Assembly (NCBI GenBank): GCA_021835845.1 | Contig: JAKBJU010000005.1 | Location: forward strand, 36,505-100,504 | Length of the DNA: 64,000 nucleotides | Source: Pseudomonadota bacterium | Lineage (GTDB): Bacteria; Pseudomonadota; Gammaproteobacteria; Burkholderiales; JABEVD01 | Reading direction: 5' to 3' | In this document: piece after piece, positions 1-8,803 of the stretch | Layout: the number at the start of each line of letters is the position of its first letter | How positions within the stretch are numbered: the first letter of the stretch is position 1 | Notes under the pieces: model-generated | What the model was told of the DNA's origin: nothing | Seen by the model: only the letters and a program-made list of their open reading frames with translations | The model's database searches: none | Translations under genes and position numbers: made by a program

Positions 1-1467
1 GTTCTCGAGCCAGGACGGAATGTCGGGGCGAAAGCGTGTCGGTGGAATCGGATCGGCGAAACTCGGGAGCTTTCCTGGCCCGATTTCGCCATAAGGGTAT
101 TTTCGGGTCAGCAACTGGTAGAGCGTGACTCCGAGCGCATAAAGGTCGCTCTGGATGCTGGCAGCCTGTCCCGAAAAGAGCTCGGGTGCCATATGGTTGG
201 GAGATCCGGAAAAGGGTTCTGCCTCGTTGCCGAGAGACGGATTCATGGCCGAACCCAGGTCGAGGATGCGCAGCTTGCCGTCCTTTCCCATGTGCACATT
301 CTCAGGCCTGATGTCCCTGTGGATGATGTCGAGCCGGTGGATTGCGCCCAGCGCCCGAGCCAGCTTGGTGCCGATATGGATAACTTCCGTGACGGTGAAG
401 TGATGCCCGTCATCGAGCATTTCGCCAAGCGTGCCGCCCTCGTGCCAGGTCGTGAGGAAATACAGGAAATGGCGGTTATCCGGGGAGATGATCTGCGGGA
501 AGTGCTTGGAAAGAATCCTTTTCCCGAGCCATTCTTCCATCAGCAAAGCGTTTTTGGCATGGCTGTCCGCTCCCTGCTGGAGGGTTTTGAGTACCAGCAT
601 GCGCCCGCTCGAAGTTTCCCTCACCTTGTATAGCAGCGTCTGCTCGGATCTGTGCAGGAGGTCGATCACTTCATAGCCGTCGATGCTTTGTCTCGGCGAG
701 AGGGGGGGGGGCAAGGGAAGATCGGCTCCTTCCAGCAGCAGATTCTTCAGCGGACCTTCCGCCGTGTCCTCGATGCGTAGAACCTGGGCGGTGAGGTTGC
801 CTTCGCTGCCCATGTCGAATGCGCTTGCGACGAGAACCCTGGCGGCTTCTTCCGGGTCGGGGTGCTTCGCCAGAAGCTCATGGAGCCTGTTCTGTCCCAG
901 CGTTTCCCATACACCATCGGATGCGAGCAGGAAGATGTCTCCCCTTTTCAGTTCACCTTCCGCGTAATCCACTACAAGCTGCAGGTCGAGCCCCATGGCG
1001 CGCTTGAGAACATGGCTGCCTTCGGTTCCTTCCCAGATATGATCGATGGTCAGACGGGAGAGCTCTCCGCCGCGAAGCATGTAGATTCTCGTGTCTCCCA
1101 CATGCGCGATGGTATAGCGGTTTCCCCTCAGCACCAGAAGGCTCAGGGTGCTCGCCATGCTCGAGAATTCCCGGTGGGAAGCCCTCTGCGCCAGGAGCCA
1201 GCGATTCGTCGAAGCCAGAAGCTTGCCCAGGGCATGGGGGATTTCCCATGTTTCGGGAGTGTCGTAGTAGTCGCTCAGCACGCTGAGCACGGAATATTCC
1301 GCAGCTTCCCGTCCGCCCGCTTCGCTCCCCACGCCGTCTGCAATCGCAGCCACTATCCCCTTGCTGGCAAGCAGTTCCCCATCCGGGGTTACCAGTCCGA
1401 AGAAGTCCTCGTTCCTGTCCTTTATTCCGGCTTCGCTGACTGCGCCAAATGCGATTTTCAGGGGCAT
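1..1467 (-). CDS. Fused PP2C-type Ser/Thr phosphatase + Ser/Thr protein kinase (C-terminus runs off the window start)
   Basis: Absent from the ORF track because no stop lies in the window. My reverse translation starts at the ATG at 1467..1465. It gives MPLKIAFGAVSEAGIKDRNEDFF..IADGVGSEAGGREAAE..HVGDTRIY..LASDGVWE (PP2C motifs), then a Pro-rich linker, then ..RMLVLKT..IIHRDIRPENV..LRILDLGSA..SPNHMAPE (kinase HRD, DFG-like and APE motifs). The frame stays open to base 1 (489 codons). Confidence 0.85.
   Translation of the reverse strand, partial: MPLKIAFGAVSEAGIKDRNEDFFGLVTPDGELLASKGIVAAIADGVGSEAGGREAAEYSVLSVLSDYYDTPETWEIPHALGKLLASTNRWLLAQRASHREFSSMASTLSLLVLRGNRYTIAHVGDTRIYMLRGGELSRLTIDHIWEGTEGSHVLKRAMGLDLQLVVDYAEGELKRGDIFLLASDGVWETLGQNRLHELLAKHPDPEEAARVLVASAFDMGSEGNLTAQVLRIEDTAEGPLKNLLLEGADLPLPPPLSPRQSIDGYEVIDLLHRSEQTLLYKVRETSSGRMLVLKTLQQGADSHAKNALLMEEWLGKRILSKHFPQIISPDNRHFLYFLTTWHEGGTLGEMLDDGHHFTVTEVIHIGTKLARALGAIHRLDIIHRDIRPENVHMGKDGKLRILDLGSAMNPSLGNEAEPFSGSPNHMAPELFSGQAASIQSDLYALGVTLYQLLTRKYPYGEIGPGKLPSFADPIPPTRFRPDIPSWLEN
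702..711. repeat. G10/C10 homopolymer tract inside the phosphatase-kinase linker codons (LPPPL)
   Basis: Read directly from the sequence: ..gcgag a gggggggggg caaggg.. This is the longest homopolymer I found in the window. Confidence 0.9.
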
Positions 1468-1652
1468 GATGGATGTCCCCCGAACATGTTTCCTGGCTTC
1501 ATTTCAGCTCCTTTCCCGTTTTTTAATTCAGGAAAGCAACTAGCGTGCCAAAATGAAGTTTTTATGTATCTTTATGAATTACAAGCTACAATTTTACTGT
1601 AGGGGGATTCTTTGGAACTGCCGTGCACCATTATCGTGCAAACTGGAGAAAA

Positions 1653-2678
1653 TCAGGGGCGCGCCAGCCCGGCTTCGTACCAGGCTCTGGTGCGGTTCAC
1701 CGTTTTCACCACCAGCAGCATCACCGGCACTTCGATCAGCACGCCGACCACGGTCGCAAGGGCCGCCCCGGACTTGAAGCCGAACAGGCCGATTGCAGCG
1801 GCGACGGCCAGTTCGAAGAAGTTCGATGCGCCGATGAGCGCCGAAGGGCAGGCGACATTGTGCGCCTCCCCGGCAACCCGGTTGAGCCAGTAGGCAAGCG
1901 CAGAATTGAACAGAACCTGGATCAGGATGGGTACGGCAAGGAGCGCGATGACCAGCGGCTGCTTCATAATCGCTTCTCCCTGCAGGGCAAAGAGCAACAC
2001 CAGGGTGGCGAGCAGGGCGGAAATCGACCAGGGCCCCGTCCTTTTCATGGCCGCTTCGAAATTTCTGCCGGCCAGAAGCGATCTGCGCCAGAGTTGCGCA
2101 AGGGCGACGGGAATCACGATGTAGAGCACCACCGAAGTCATCAGGGTGCTCCAGGGCACGGCGATGGAAGAGATGCCGAGCAGCAGGCCGACTATCGGCG
2201 CGAAGGCGAAAACCATGATGGTGTCGTTGAGCGCCACTTGGGAAAGGGTGAACAGCGGATCGCCGTTCGAAAGCCGGCTCCAGACGAAAACCATGGCGGT
2301 ACATGGCGCTGCGGCAAGCAGGATGAGCCCGGCGATATAGCTGTCCAGCTGGTCGGAAGGCAATAAATGGGCGAAAAGATGGCGGATGAAAAGCCAGCCC
2401 AGGAAAGCCATGGAAAAAGGCTTCACCAGCCAGTTGACGAAAAGCGTGACGCCGATCCCCCTGACATGGCGGCTCACTTCATGCAGTGCGCCGAAATCCA
2501 CCTTGACCAGCATGGGAATGATCATCACCCAGATGAGCAGGCCCACGGGAAGATTGACCTTCGCGATTTCCATGCTGCCGATGAACTGGAAAACCTTGGG
2601 GGCGGCCTGCCCGAGAAAGATGCCGGCAAAGATGCAGAGGAATACCCAGAGTGTCAGATACCGCTCGAAGCGGCTCAT
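1653..2678 (-). CDS. acr3: Arsenite efflux permease, ACR3 family
   Basis: From ORF 1653..2786. I chose the internal start MSRFERYLTLWVFLCIFAGIFLG..VNLPVGLLIWVMIIPMLVKVDF. It is multi-TM, ACR3-like, and the last gene of the ars operon. Confidence 0.9.
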   Translation of the reverse strand: MSRFERYLTLWVFLCIFAGIFLGQAAPKVFQFIGSMEIAKVNLPVGLLIWVMIIPMLVKVDFGALHEVSRHVRGIGVTLFVNWLVKPFSMAFLGWLFIRHLFAHLLPSDQLDSYIAGLILLAAAPCTAMVFVWSRLSNGDPLFTLSQVALNDTIMVFAFAPIVGLLLGISSIAVPWSTLMTSVVLYIVIPVALAQLWRRSLLAGRNFEAAMKRTGPWSISALLATLVLLFALQGEAIMKQPLVIALLAVPILIQVLFNSALAYWLNRVAGEAHNVACPSALIGASNFFELAVAAAIGLFGFKSGAALATVVGVLIEVPVMLLVVKTVNRTRAWYEAGLARP

Positions 2679-2697
2679 TCTGGCTTCAGATCTGGAT

Positions 2698-3117
2698 TCA
2701 CAGGGCATCCTGAAGCTCCAGGGCTGAGCGGACGGCCGGGACAAGCCTTGCCCGGATGTCGCCGAGAACCCTGACGAAGCTTTCAAGAGGTTCGCCGTGG
2801 GGATCGTGGAAGGGAAGATGGAGGGTTCTTACCTGCCGCGGGAATACCGGGCAGGCCTCCCTGGCGTTGTCGCAGACGGTCACGACGAGGTCTATGGATT
2901 CGTTCATGACTTCATCCACGTCCTTGGGATACAGTCCTTCCACAGGGAGATTCGCGAGCTTCAATGCCTCGATGGCGCCCTCGGCCACCCTGGGCTGCGG
3001 CCTCGTTCCCGCCGAAATCGCACGGACCTGACCAGCGAGATCGTGGTTGAGGATGGCTTGTGCCATCTGGGAGCGGCAGGAGTTTCCGGTGCAGAGCACC
3101 AGGACTGTCTTTTTCAT
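2698..3117 (-). CDS. arsC: Arsenate reductase, LMW-PTP / thioredoxin-coupled type
   Basis: MKKTVLVLCTGNSCRSQMAQ (CX5R P-loop) plus TVCDNAREACP (C-x6-C). The internal start at 3117 removes the part of ORF 2698..3279 that overlaps the neighbouring gene. Confidence 0.85.
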   Translation of the reverse strand: MKKTVLVLCTGNSCRSQMAQAILNHDLAGQVRAISAGTRPQPRVAEGAIEALKLANLPVEGLYPKDVDEVMNESIDLVVTVCDNAREACPVFPRQVRTLHLPFHDPHGEPLESFVRVLGDIRARLVPAVRSALELQDAL

Positions 3118-3142
3118 GCTGGGCTTTCCTGAAGCGTGTCGG

Positions 3143-3661
3143 TTATTGGCTCTGGTCTTGCAGCTTGCCGATCGCATCGAGCTCGCGCTCGAGCGACATG
3201 GCGTCGAGTTTCTGGATCGGAAGGCTGATAAAAAGGGATATGCGCGTCGAAAGTTCGCGATAGGCCTTGGTTGCGGCACGGCGCTTCAATTCATCGTCCC
3301 CCGCCACTGCGGCCGGGTCTTCGATGCCCCAGTGGGCGGTTACCGGCTGCCCTGGCCAGACGGGGCAAACTTCGCCGGCGGCCCGGTCGCAGACGGTGAT
3401 GACGAAGTCGAGGCGAGGGGCGTCAGGCATGGCGAACTCGTCCCAGTTTTTGCTGCGCAGTTCGGCCACCGGCATGCCCTGCTGCCCGAGAAGCTCGAGG
3501 ACAAAAGGGTTGACGCTTCCCGCGGGATGGCTTCCTGCGCTGAAGGCGCGGAAACGGCCGCCTCCGGCATGGTTGAGGATGGCTTCGGCCAGGATGCTGC
3601 GGGCGGAATTGCCGGTGCAAAGGAACAGCACGTTGAAGATGCGTTCAGCCATGGTTTTCAT
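3143..3661 (-). CDS. arsC: Second LMW-PTP-type arsenate reductase paralogue
   Basis: FNVLFLCTGNSARSILAEA P-loop and TVCDRAAGEVCPVW. The start ATG at 3661 overlaps the arsR stop (ATGA at 3658..3661), suggesting translational coupling. Confidence 0.8.
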   Translation of the reverse strand: MKTMAERIFNVLFLCTGNSARSILAEAILNHAGGGRFRAFSAGSHPAGSVNPFVLELLGQQGMPVAELRSKNWDEFAMPDAPRLDFVITVCDRAAGEVCPVWPGQPVTAHWGIEDPAAVAGDDELKRRAATKAYRELSTRISLFISLPIQKLDAMSLERELDAIGKLQDQSQ

Positions 3662-3978
3662 TTCAATGCTCGGGTCTTGGGCAGGCAAGCCTGGTTTCCC
3701 TTGCAGCAGTTGTCGGTCAGAAACGCGAGCAGGTCATCCATCACGTCGTAGTCTGCGCAATAGTAGATGAAGCGGCTTTCCTGCCGCCCCTTGATCAGAC
3801 CGACCCGGCTCAGGTGGGCGAGGTGGAAGGAAAGCGTGGCAGGGGCCAGCCCCAGATTCTCCCCTATGGCGCTCGCATTCATGCCGTCCGGCCCGGCCTC
3901 CACGAGGCGGCGGTAAATCGACAGGCGGGATTCGTGCCCCAGTGCGGAGAGCAGTTCGGCTGCGTTCAACGTTTCCAT
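3658..3978 (-). CDS. arsR: ArsR/SmtB-family metalloregulator with a C-terminal CC-x5-C site
   Basis: 106 aa. HTH region: SRLSIYRRLVEAGPDGMNASAIGENLGLAPATLSFHLAHLSRVGLI. C-terminal NCCKGNQAC (C91, C92, C98). First gene of the ars operon. Confidence 0.9.
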   Translation of the reverse strand: METLNAAELLSALGHESRLSIYRRLVEAGPDGMNASAIGENLGLAPATLSFHLAHLSRVGLIKGRQESRFIYYCADYDVMDDLLAFLTDNCCKGNQACLPKTRALK

Positions 3979-3997
3979 ATTTCGAATAATATGGAAA
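3972..3997. promoter_or_regulatory. Perfect 10-bp inverted repeat (TTTCCATATT-N6-AATATGGAAA) overlapping the arsR start codon; candidate ArsR operator
   Basis: Read directly from the sequence. It lies in the 32-bp gap between the upstream cyclase stop (4011) and the arsR ATG (3978). Confidence 0.45.
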
Positions 3998-4010
3998 TGT
4001 CATGGGCCTG

Positions 4011-4910
4011 TCAAATCGGAAATGCATCGGAGACGTGCATATCCGATCCGACCACGAACCGGTCGCGACCTGCATCCTTGCCTTCGTAGAGCGCCATGTC
4101 GGCACGATGGATGGCATGCTTGCAGGATTCTCCCTCCTTCAGCAGGGCGATTCCCACCGTCACGGTCGGCCGGATCGTTTTGTCGCCGGGCAGCGTTACG
4201 GAAAGGGTGCGAATGGCATCGAGAATGCGCTGTCCGGCAACTGCAGCATCGTCCGGGGAAGACAATTCGCCGAGCACGATGAATTCCTCCCCGCCGTAGC
4301 GATAGATCTGGTCTTCTCCGCGCAGCGTCTTCTTGAGGCATTCCGCCAGTTCCTTCAAGACGGCATCTCCAGCAGAATGCCCGTGCTGGTCGTTGATCAT
4401 CTTGAACCTGTCGATATCGACGATCATCACCACGGGAAAGCTGCCCTGGCGGCGTGTACGCTGCTTGAGCAGATCGAAATTCTGTTCGGGTCGGTGGCGC
4501 AGGGGGAGTCCGGTGAGCGGATCGAGCTGGGAATCGCTTTGAACCAACAGGGTCTTGAACTCGGAAAGATACGAAATCAGCAGGGTCTGGTTAGTTTCGA
4601 AGGCGCTGAGATCGGACTCTTCGCAGGGGGAATTTTCCAGAACCTTGCTGCAAATGCTGCGGATGGCGTCGTGCATCGATTTGTGGGCGACTTCAAGCGC
4701 TATGCTTTTCTGCGCGTCGAGCGCATCGAACTGGGTGCGATTCTCGGTGAGCCAGTGCCCGAAGCGGCACAGGTGATGCGCTTCCGGTTTCATGATGTCG
4801 TTGCCCGGAGAAATGCGCAGCAGCGCGCAGCGCAATACCCGTCGCGTCCATTCCAGATGCGCCTGCATGGCGGCATCCAGTTCCGTTATGAAAAGTTGAT
4901 GGTTTTCCAC
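4011..4910 (-). CDS. Diguanylate cyclase with N-terminal CZB (chemoreceptor zinc-binding) domain, DgcZ-like
   Basis: CZB signature: EAHHLCRFGHWL..VAHKSMHDAI (H..C, HxxxH). GGDEF domain: DPLTGLP..IDRFKMINDQHGHSAGD..RGEDQIYRYGGEEF (I-site RxxD plus GGEEF). The ORF-track start at 5483 overlaps cheZ, so I chose the GTG at 4910, preceded by GGAGGG 9 nt upstream. The ATG at 4868 is an alternative. Confidence 0.8.
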   Translation of the reverse strand: MENHQLFITELDAAMQAHLEWTRRVLRCALLRISPGNDIMKPEAHHLCRFGHWLTENRTQFDALDAQKSIALEVAHKSMHDAIRSICSKVLENSPCEESDLSAFETNQTLLISYLSEFKTLLVQSDSQLDPLTGLPLRHRPEQNFDLLKQRTRRQGSFPVVMIVDIDRFKMINDQHGHSAGDAVLKELAECLKKTLRGEDQIYRYGGEEFIVLGELSSPDDAAVAGQRILDAIRTLSVTLPGDKTIRPTVTVGIALLKEGESCKHAIHRADMALYEGKDAGRDRFVVGSDMHVSDAFPI

Positions 4911-5027
4911 CCGAGCTGGCCCTCCGGCGATGCCAGAGGGTATTCTGCTGGGAATCGGCAGGTCTGTAAATGGTGTCGCAAAACTCCTTGTGCTGTGGCA
5001 AACTGGTGAAAACAAGAAAGGGGAGGG

Positions 5028-5630
5028 GTGGTGAGCGAGCGCGAAGAAGAAAACGTTGCGGAAGCCGGCTATGCCGAACTCGGACACCTGGTGCGCCAGC
5101 TTCACGCCAACCTGCGTGAACTGGGGTGCGACGAGGCGATGCAGAAGATGGCAGGGGACCTGCCGGATACCCAGGACAGGCTCAATTACATCGCGCAGTT
5201 GACCGAGCAGGCGGCACAGCGGGTCCTGGGGGCGGTGGAGAAGGCGCTGCCCATTCAAAGCGAACTGGAAACCGCAGCGCTCGCCCTTTCCGAGGAATGG
5301 CGCAATTCCGGCAATTCGTCCGGGCTCGGGGAGAAGATCCAGGATTTCCTCGACAGCATTCCCGCGCGTACGCGCGAAACCTCGAATCAGCTTACCGACA
5401 TCCTGATGGCGCAGGATTTTCAGGATCTCACCGGGCAGGTAATCAAGAAGGTTACCCGGCTCGCCCAGGATATGGAGCACCATCTGGTGAACATCCTGCT
5501 CATCAGCAGGCCGGATTCACCGAAAGACGAAGGCTTGATGAACGGACCTGTAGTGAAGAAGGAAGGGCGCAGCGACATCGTTTCGGATCAGGGCGAAGTG
5601 GACGATCTGCTGAGCAGCCTGGGGTTCTGA
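5028..5630 (+). CDS. cheZ: Chemotaxis phosphatase CheZ (orphan, no che genes nearby)
   Basis: DILMAQDFQDLTGQVIKK (catalytic D/Q helix) and the C-terminal CheY-binding tail GEVDDLLSSLGF. Confidence 0.85.
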   Translation: MVSEREEENVAEAGYAELGHLVRQLHANLRELGCDEAMQKMAGDLPDTQDRLNYIAQLTEQAAQRVLGAVEKALPIQSELETAALALSEEWRNSGNSSGLGEKIQDFLDSIPARTRETSNQLTDILMAQDFQDLTGQVIKKVTRLAQDMEHHLVNILLISRPDSPKDEGLMNGPVVKKEGRSDIVSDQGEVDDLLSSLGF

Positions 5631-5786
5631 AGCTTCGTATCGAAAAATATACTAGCGTCCCGGTTCGGACGCCAAGCCGGTTTGAGGCGAGATTCGGAAG
5701 CAATCCCAGGATCACCTATCCATCTGTTTTTGAAATTGAAAAATCCTGATTGAGAAATTCTCTGCAAGCCGTTTCAGGCATTCGGT

Positions 5787-5814
5787 TTGACAAGTGTGGC
5801 GAAAACGGTAATAT
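5787..5814 (+). promoter_or_regulatory. Candidate sigma-70 promoter TTGACA-N16-TAATAT
   Basis: Near-consensus hexamers 33 nt upstream of the ATG at 5847. Confidence 0.4.
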
Positions 5815-5846
5815 TGCCGAAAACCGTACGATGGGAGGTTTCGGCA

Positions 5847-6134
5847 ATGAGCAGCAGAAACGTCGTGATCACGAGCGCGGGCTTGCGCGCACTGCAGCAA
5901 AGCGCCCTGACCCGGGTGGCCAACCAGGTGCTCTGGCACATGGTGAACGAATTGCCGGTTGCCGGGGAAGTGGTTTCCAAGGCCAGGCTCGAAGAACGGC
6001 TTGCCATCACCCGCGCCCAGCTCAGCAACACCATCAAGTACCTCTGCCAGGTCGGCTTCCTGATGCGCGGCGCACGCCACGGCCTGTCCTATCACTACAA
6101 GCCCAACCCGGCCTTCTTCCGCATCCTCGCCTGA
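5847..6134 (+). CDS. Small hypothetical protein, possible winged-helix DNA-binding fold
   Basis: ATG at 5847 with GGGAGG 8 nt upstream. Sequence: MSSRNVVITSAGLRALQQSALTRVANQVLWHMV..LSNTIKYLCQVGFLMR. No family recognised. Confidence 0.5.
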   Translation: MSSRNVVITSAGLRALQQSALTRVANQVLWHMVNELPVAGEVVSKARLEERLAITRAQLSNTIKYLCQVGFLMRGARHGLSYHYKPNPAFFRILA

Positions 6135-6145
6135 AACGAAGCCGG

Positions 6146-8803
6146 CTATGTTCCGGCCGAGCGCCACCATTTTTCGGCTTCGACAGCCAATGAGCAGACT
6201 GTTGCAATCCCGATGATCGCAGCCCATTCCACGACGCCGATCGGTTCGGTCTGGAAGACATGGTTGAAGGCTGGCAAGTAGGTGAAGGCCAATTGCAGGA
6301 GCAGCATCGCTCCGCTGCCTGCCCATACCCAGACATTCTTTCCCGCCGACCGGAATGGGTGTGTGATCGAGCGGCAATTGAACAGATAAAGGATTTCGAC
6401 CATCACGAAAAGATTGGCGGCCATGGTTTGGGCTTCGGCCATGGATTTCCCGCGGTGCATGGAAAATTCGAACAGGCCGAATGCGCCTGTCAGCATGAAC
6501 AGGCTGACCAGCAATGTGCGCAGGATCAGGACACGATCGAGGATAGGCGCATTCGGAGGGCGGGGCGGGCGGTGCATGATGCCTTCTTCTGCCGGCTCGA
6601 ATGCAAGCATCATCCCGAGCAGGATGGAAGTGGTCATGTTGATCCAGAGAATCTGCAGCGGCGAAATCGGCAGTACAGTGCCTGCGAAAACGGCGGCGAG
6701 AATCACGAGACCTTCGCTGGCATTGGTCGGCACGGTCCAGGCGATGAACTTGACGAGATTGTCGTAAATGCCGCGCCCTTCCTCCACGGCCGCCTCGATG
6801 GTGGCGAAGTTGTCGTCGGTCAGCACCATGGCCGCCGCTTCCTTGGCCACTTCGGTCCCTCCCAGGCCCATCGCCACGCCGATATCAGCCTGCTTGAGCG
6901 CTGGCGCATCGTTGACGCCGTCCCCTGTCATCGCCACCACTTCCCCTGAGGCCTGCAAGGCTTTCACCAGCCGCAGCTTCTGCTCGGGTTCCACGCGCGC
7001 GAACACATCGACCTGCGTCACGGCCCGCGATAATTCCTCGTCTTCGATTCGGGCGATATCCCGTCCGGTCAGCGCACGGCCCCCATCCCTGACGATCCCC
7101 AGTTGGCGGGCGATGGCGATAGCCGTGCCGGGATGGTCGCCGGTGATCATCTTGACCCTGATTCCCGCTCGTTGACAGGTGTGCACTGCCGCGATGGCAT
7201 GTGGCCGGGGTGGGTCGATCATGCCGGCGAGCCCGAGAAATACCAGGTTTGCGCGGATCTTGGCGTCGTCGAGTTGCTGGCTCGGATCGAGAGTCGATCT
7301 GGCCATGGCCAGCACGCGCAAGCCTTCCTCGGTCATTTTGGCAACTGCGGCATGAACTTCCGGAGCATCGAGCGCGGCCTCTCGCCCCTCGTGATCCAGC
7401 ATGGCTGTGCAGCCGGACAGAAGCTTTTCCACGGCGCCTTTGACGTAAATGATGCGCGCACCCTCGATTTCGTGCAGCGTTGCCATGTACTGTCGAGCCG
7501 AGTCGAATGAAAGCGCATCCAGCCTTGGAAAAATCGATGTCAGTGTGTTTTCGTCGAGCCCTCCCTTGCGCGCCGCAACCAGGAGCGCTCCCTCGGTCGG
7601 ATCTCCCGCGATTTTCCATTGCCGGTCTTCATGAAAAAGCCGGGCATCATTGCAAAGTGCGCCTGCCACAAGCGTCTCCCGCAGCGCGCCTGCCGTCCCG
7701 GCTGGCTCGCGGCCGATGCTGCCGGATGGATTGTACCCTGTTCCCGAAACAGCGAATGTGTCGCCTCCTGCCCAGATTTCACGGACCGTCATCGCGTTCT
7801 CGGTCAAGGTCCCGGTCTTGTCCGAACAGATGACCGTGGTGCTGCCCAGTGCCTCGACTGCAGGCAGTTCCCGGATGACGGCGCGGCGCTTCGCCATGCG
7901 GGCGACGCCTATGGCGAGCGTCACGGTCATGGCTGCCGGCAGTCCCTCGGGAATCGCGCCCACGGCCAGAGCCACCACTGCCATGAACATGTCGAAGGCC
8001 GACTCTCCGCGCAGGACGCCGATGGCGAAGGTCAGCGCGGAAAGGATCAGGATCGCCGTAAGCAGGCGCCTGGCGAACGCGTCCATCTTGCGCGTCAGGG
8101 GGGTGGCGAGATCCGGCGCCTGAGCGATCAGATCTGCAATCTGGCCGGTTTCGGTGGCGTCTCCCGTGGCGATCACGATTCCGGTTCCCCGTCCGCTGGC
8201 CACCAGCGTGCCGCCGTAGGCCATGTTGCGACGGTCTGCGAGAGGCGTATCCTCAGCCAGCGCTCTTTCGTGCTTGTCTACCGGAACCGACTCGCCCGTG
8301 AGCGCAGCTTCCGAAGTCTTCAATTCCGAGGCATCCAGGAGGCGCAGATCGGCGAGAACCTTGTCCCCGGCCGACAGGACGACGGTATCGCCTGGAACCA
8401 GTTCAGCGGCATTGACCAGGCGCCGCGTGCCGGAACGCAATACCGTTGCTTCCGATGCGATGGCCCGAGCGAGCGCGGCAAGCGCTGCTTCGGCCCTGCC
8501 TTCCTGGATGAAGCCGACCAGCGCATTGAGCAGAACGATGCCGAATATGGTTCCGGAATCGATCCATTCGCCCAGCAGGGCAGTCACGCCAGCAGACGCG
8601 ATCAGCACCAGGACCAGGGGCTGGACGAGTTGCGAGAGGAATCTGGCGAAAGGGCCGCGTCCATTCCGGATGTTCGGACGGTTCGGGCCGTATTGTTTCA
8701 ATCTCGCTGCAGCTTCAGATTCGTCGAGCCCGCGGACAGGGTCGACACGGAGGTGTTTCGCCACCTCGCTCGCTTCGATTGCATGCCAGTCGGGGCGCGT
8801 CAT
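6146..8803 (-). CDS. Cation-translocating P-type ATPase (type II, Ca2+/Mg2+/Mn2+-like)
   Basis: 885 aa. Motifs: TGES, IPEGLPA (TM4), CSDKTGTLTEN phosphorylation site, MITGDH, TGDGVNDAPALKQADIGVAMG. Confidence 0.9.
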   Translation of the reverse strand: MTRPDWHAIEASEVAKHLRVDPVRGLDESEAAARLKQYGPNRPNIRNGRGPFARFLSQLVQPLVLVLIASAGVTALLGEWIDSGTIFGIVLLNALVGFIQEGRAEAALAALARAIASEATVLRSGTRRLVNAAELVPGDTVVLSAGDKVLADLRLLDASELKTSEAALTGESVPVDKHERALAEDTPLADRRNMAYGGTLVASGRGTGIVIATGDATETGQIADLIAQAPDLATPLTRKMDAFARRLLTAILILSALTFAIGVLRGESAFDMFMAVVALAVGAIPEGLPAAMTVTLAIGVARMAKRRAVIRELPAVEALGSTTVICSDKTGTLTENAMTVREIWAGGDTFAVSGTGYNPSGSIGREPAGTAGALRETLVAGALCNDARLFHEDRQWKIAGDPTEGALLVAARKGGLDENTLTSIFPRLDALSFDSARQYMATLHEIEGARIIYVKGAVEKLLSGCTAMLDHEGREAALDAPEVHAAVAKMTEEGLRVLAMARSTLDPSQQLDDAKIRANLVFLGLAGMIDPPRPHAIAAVHTCQRAGIRVKMITGDHPGTAIAIARQLGIVRDGGRALTGRDIARIEDEELSRAVTQVDVFARVEPEQKLRLVKALQASGEVVAMTGDGVNDAPALKQADIGVAMGLGGTEVAKEAAAMVLTDDNFATIEAAVEEGRGIYDNLVKFIAWTVPTNASEGLVILAAVFAGTVLPISPLQILWINMTTSILLGMMLAFEPAEEGIMHRPPRPPNAPILDRVLILRTLLVSLFMLTGAFGLFEFSMHRGKSMAEAQTMAANLFVMVEILYLFNCRSITHPFRSAGKNVWVWAGSGAMLLLQLAFTYLPAFNHVFQTEPIGVVEWAAIIGIATVCSLAVEAEKWWRSAGT

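Noticed and set aside
4011-5483. The full 490-aa ORF-track version of the cyclase gene.
   Set aside because: The N-terminal 190 residues overlap cheZ on the other strand and have no domain signal. CZB-domain homology begins near the GTG at 4910 or the ATG at 4868.
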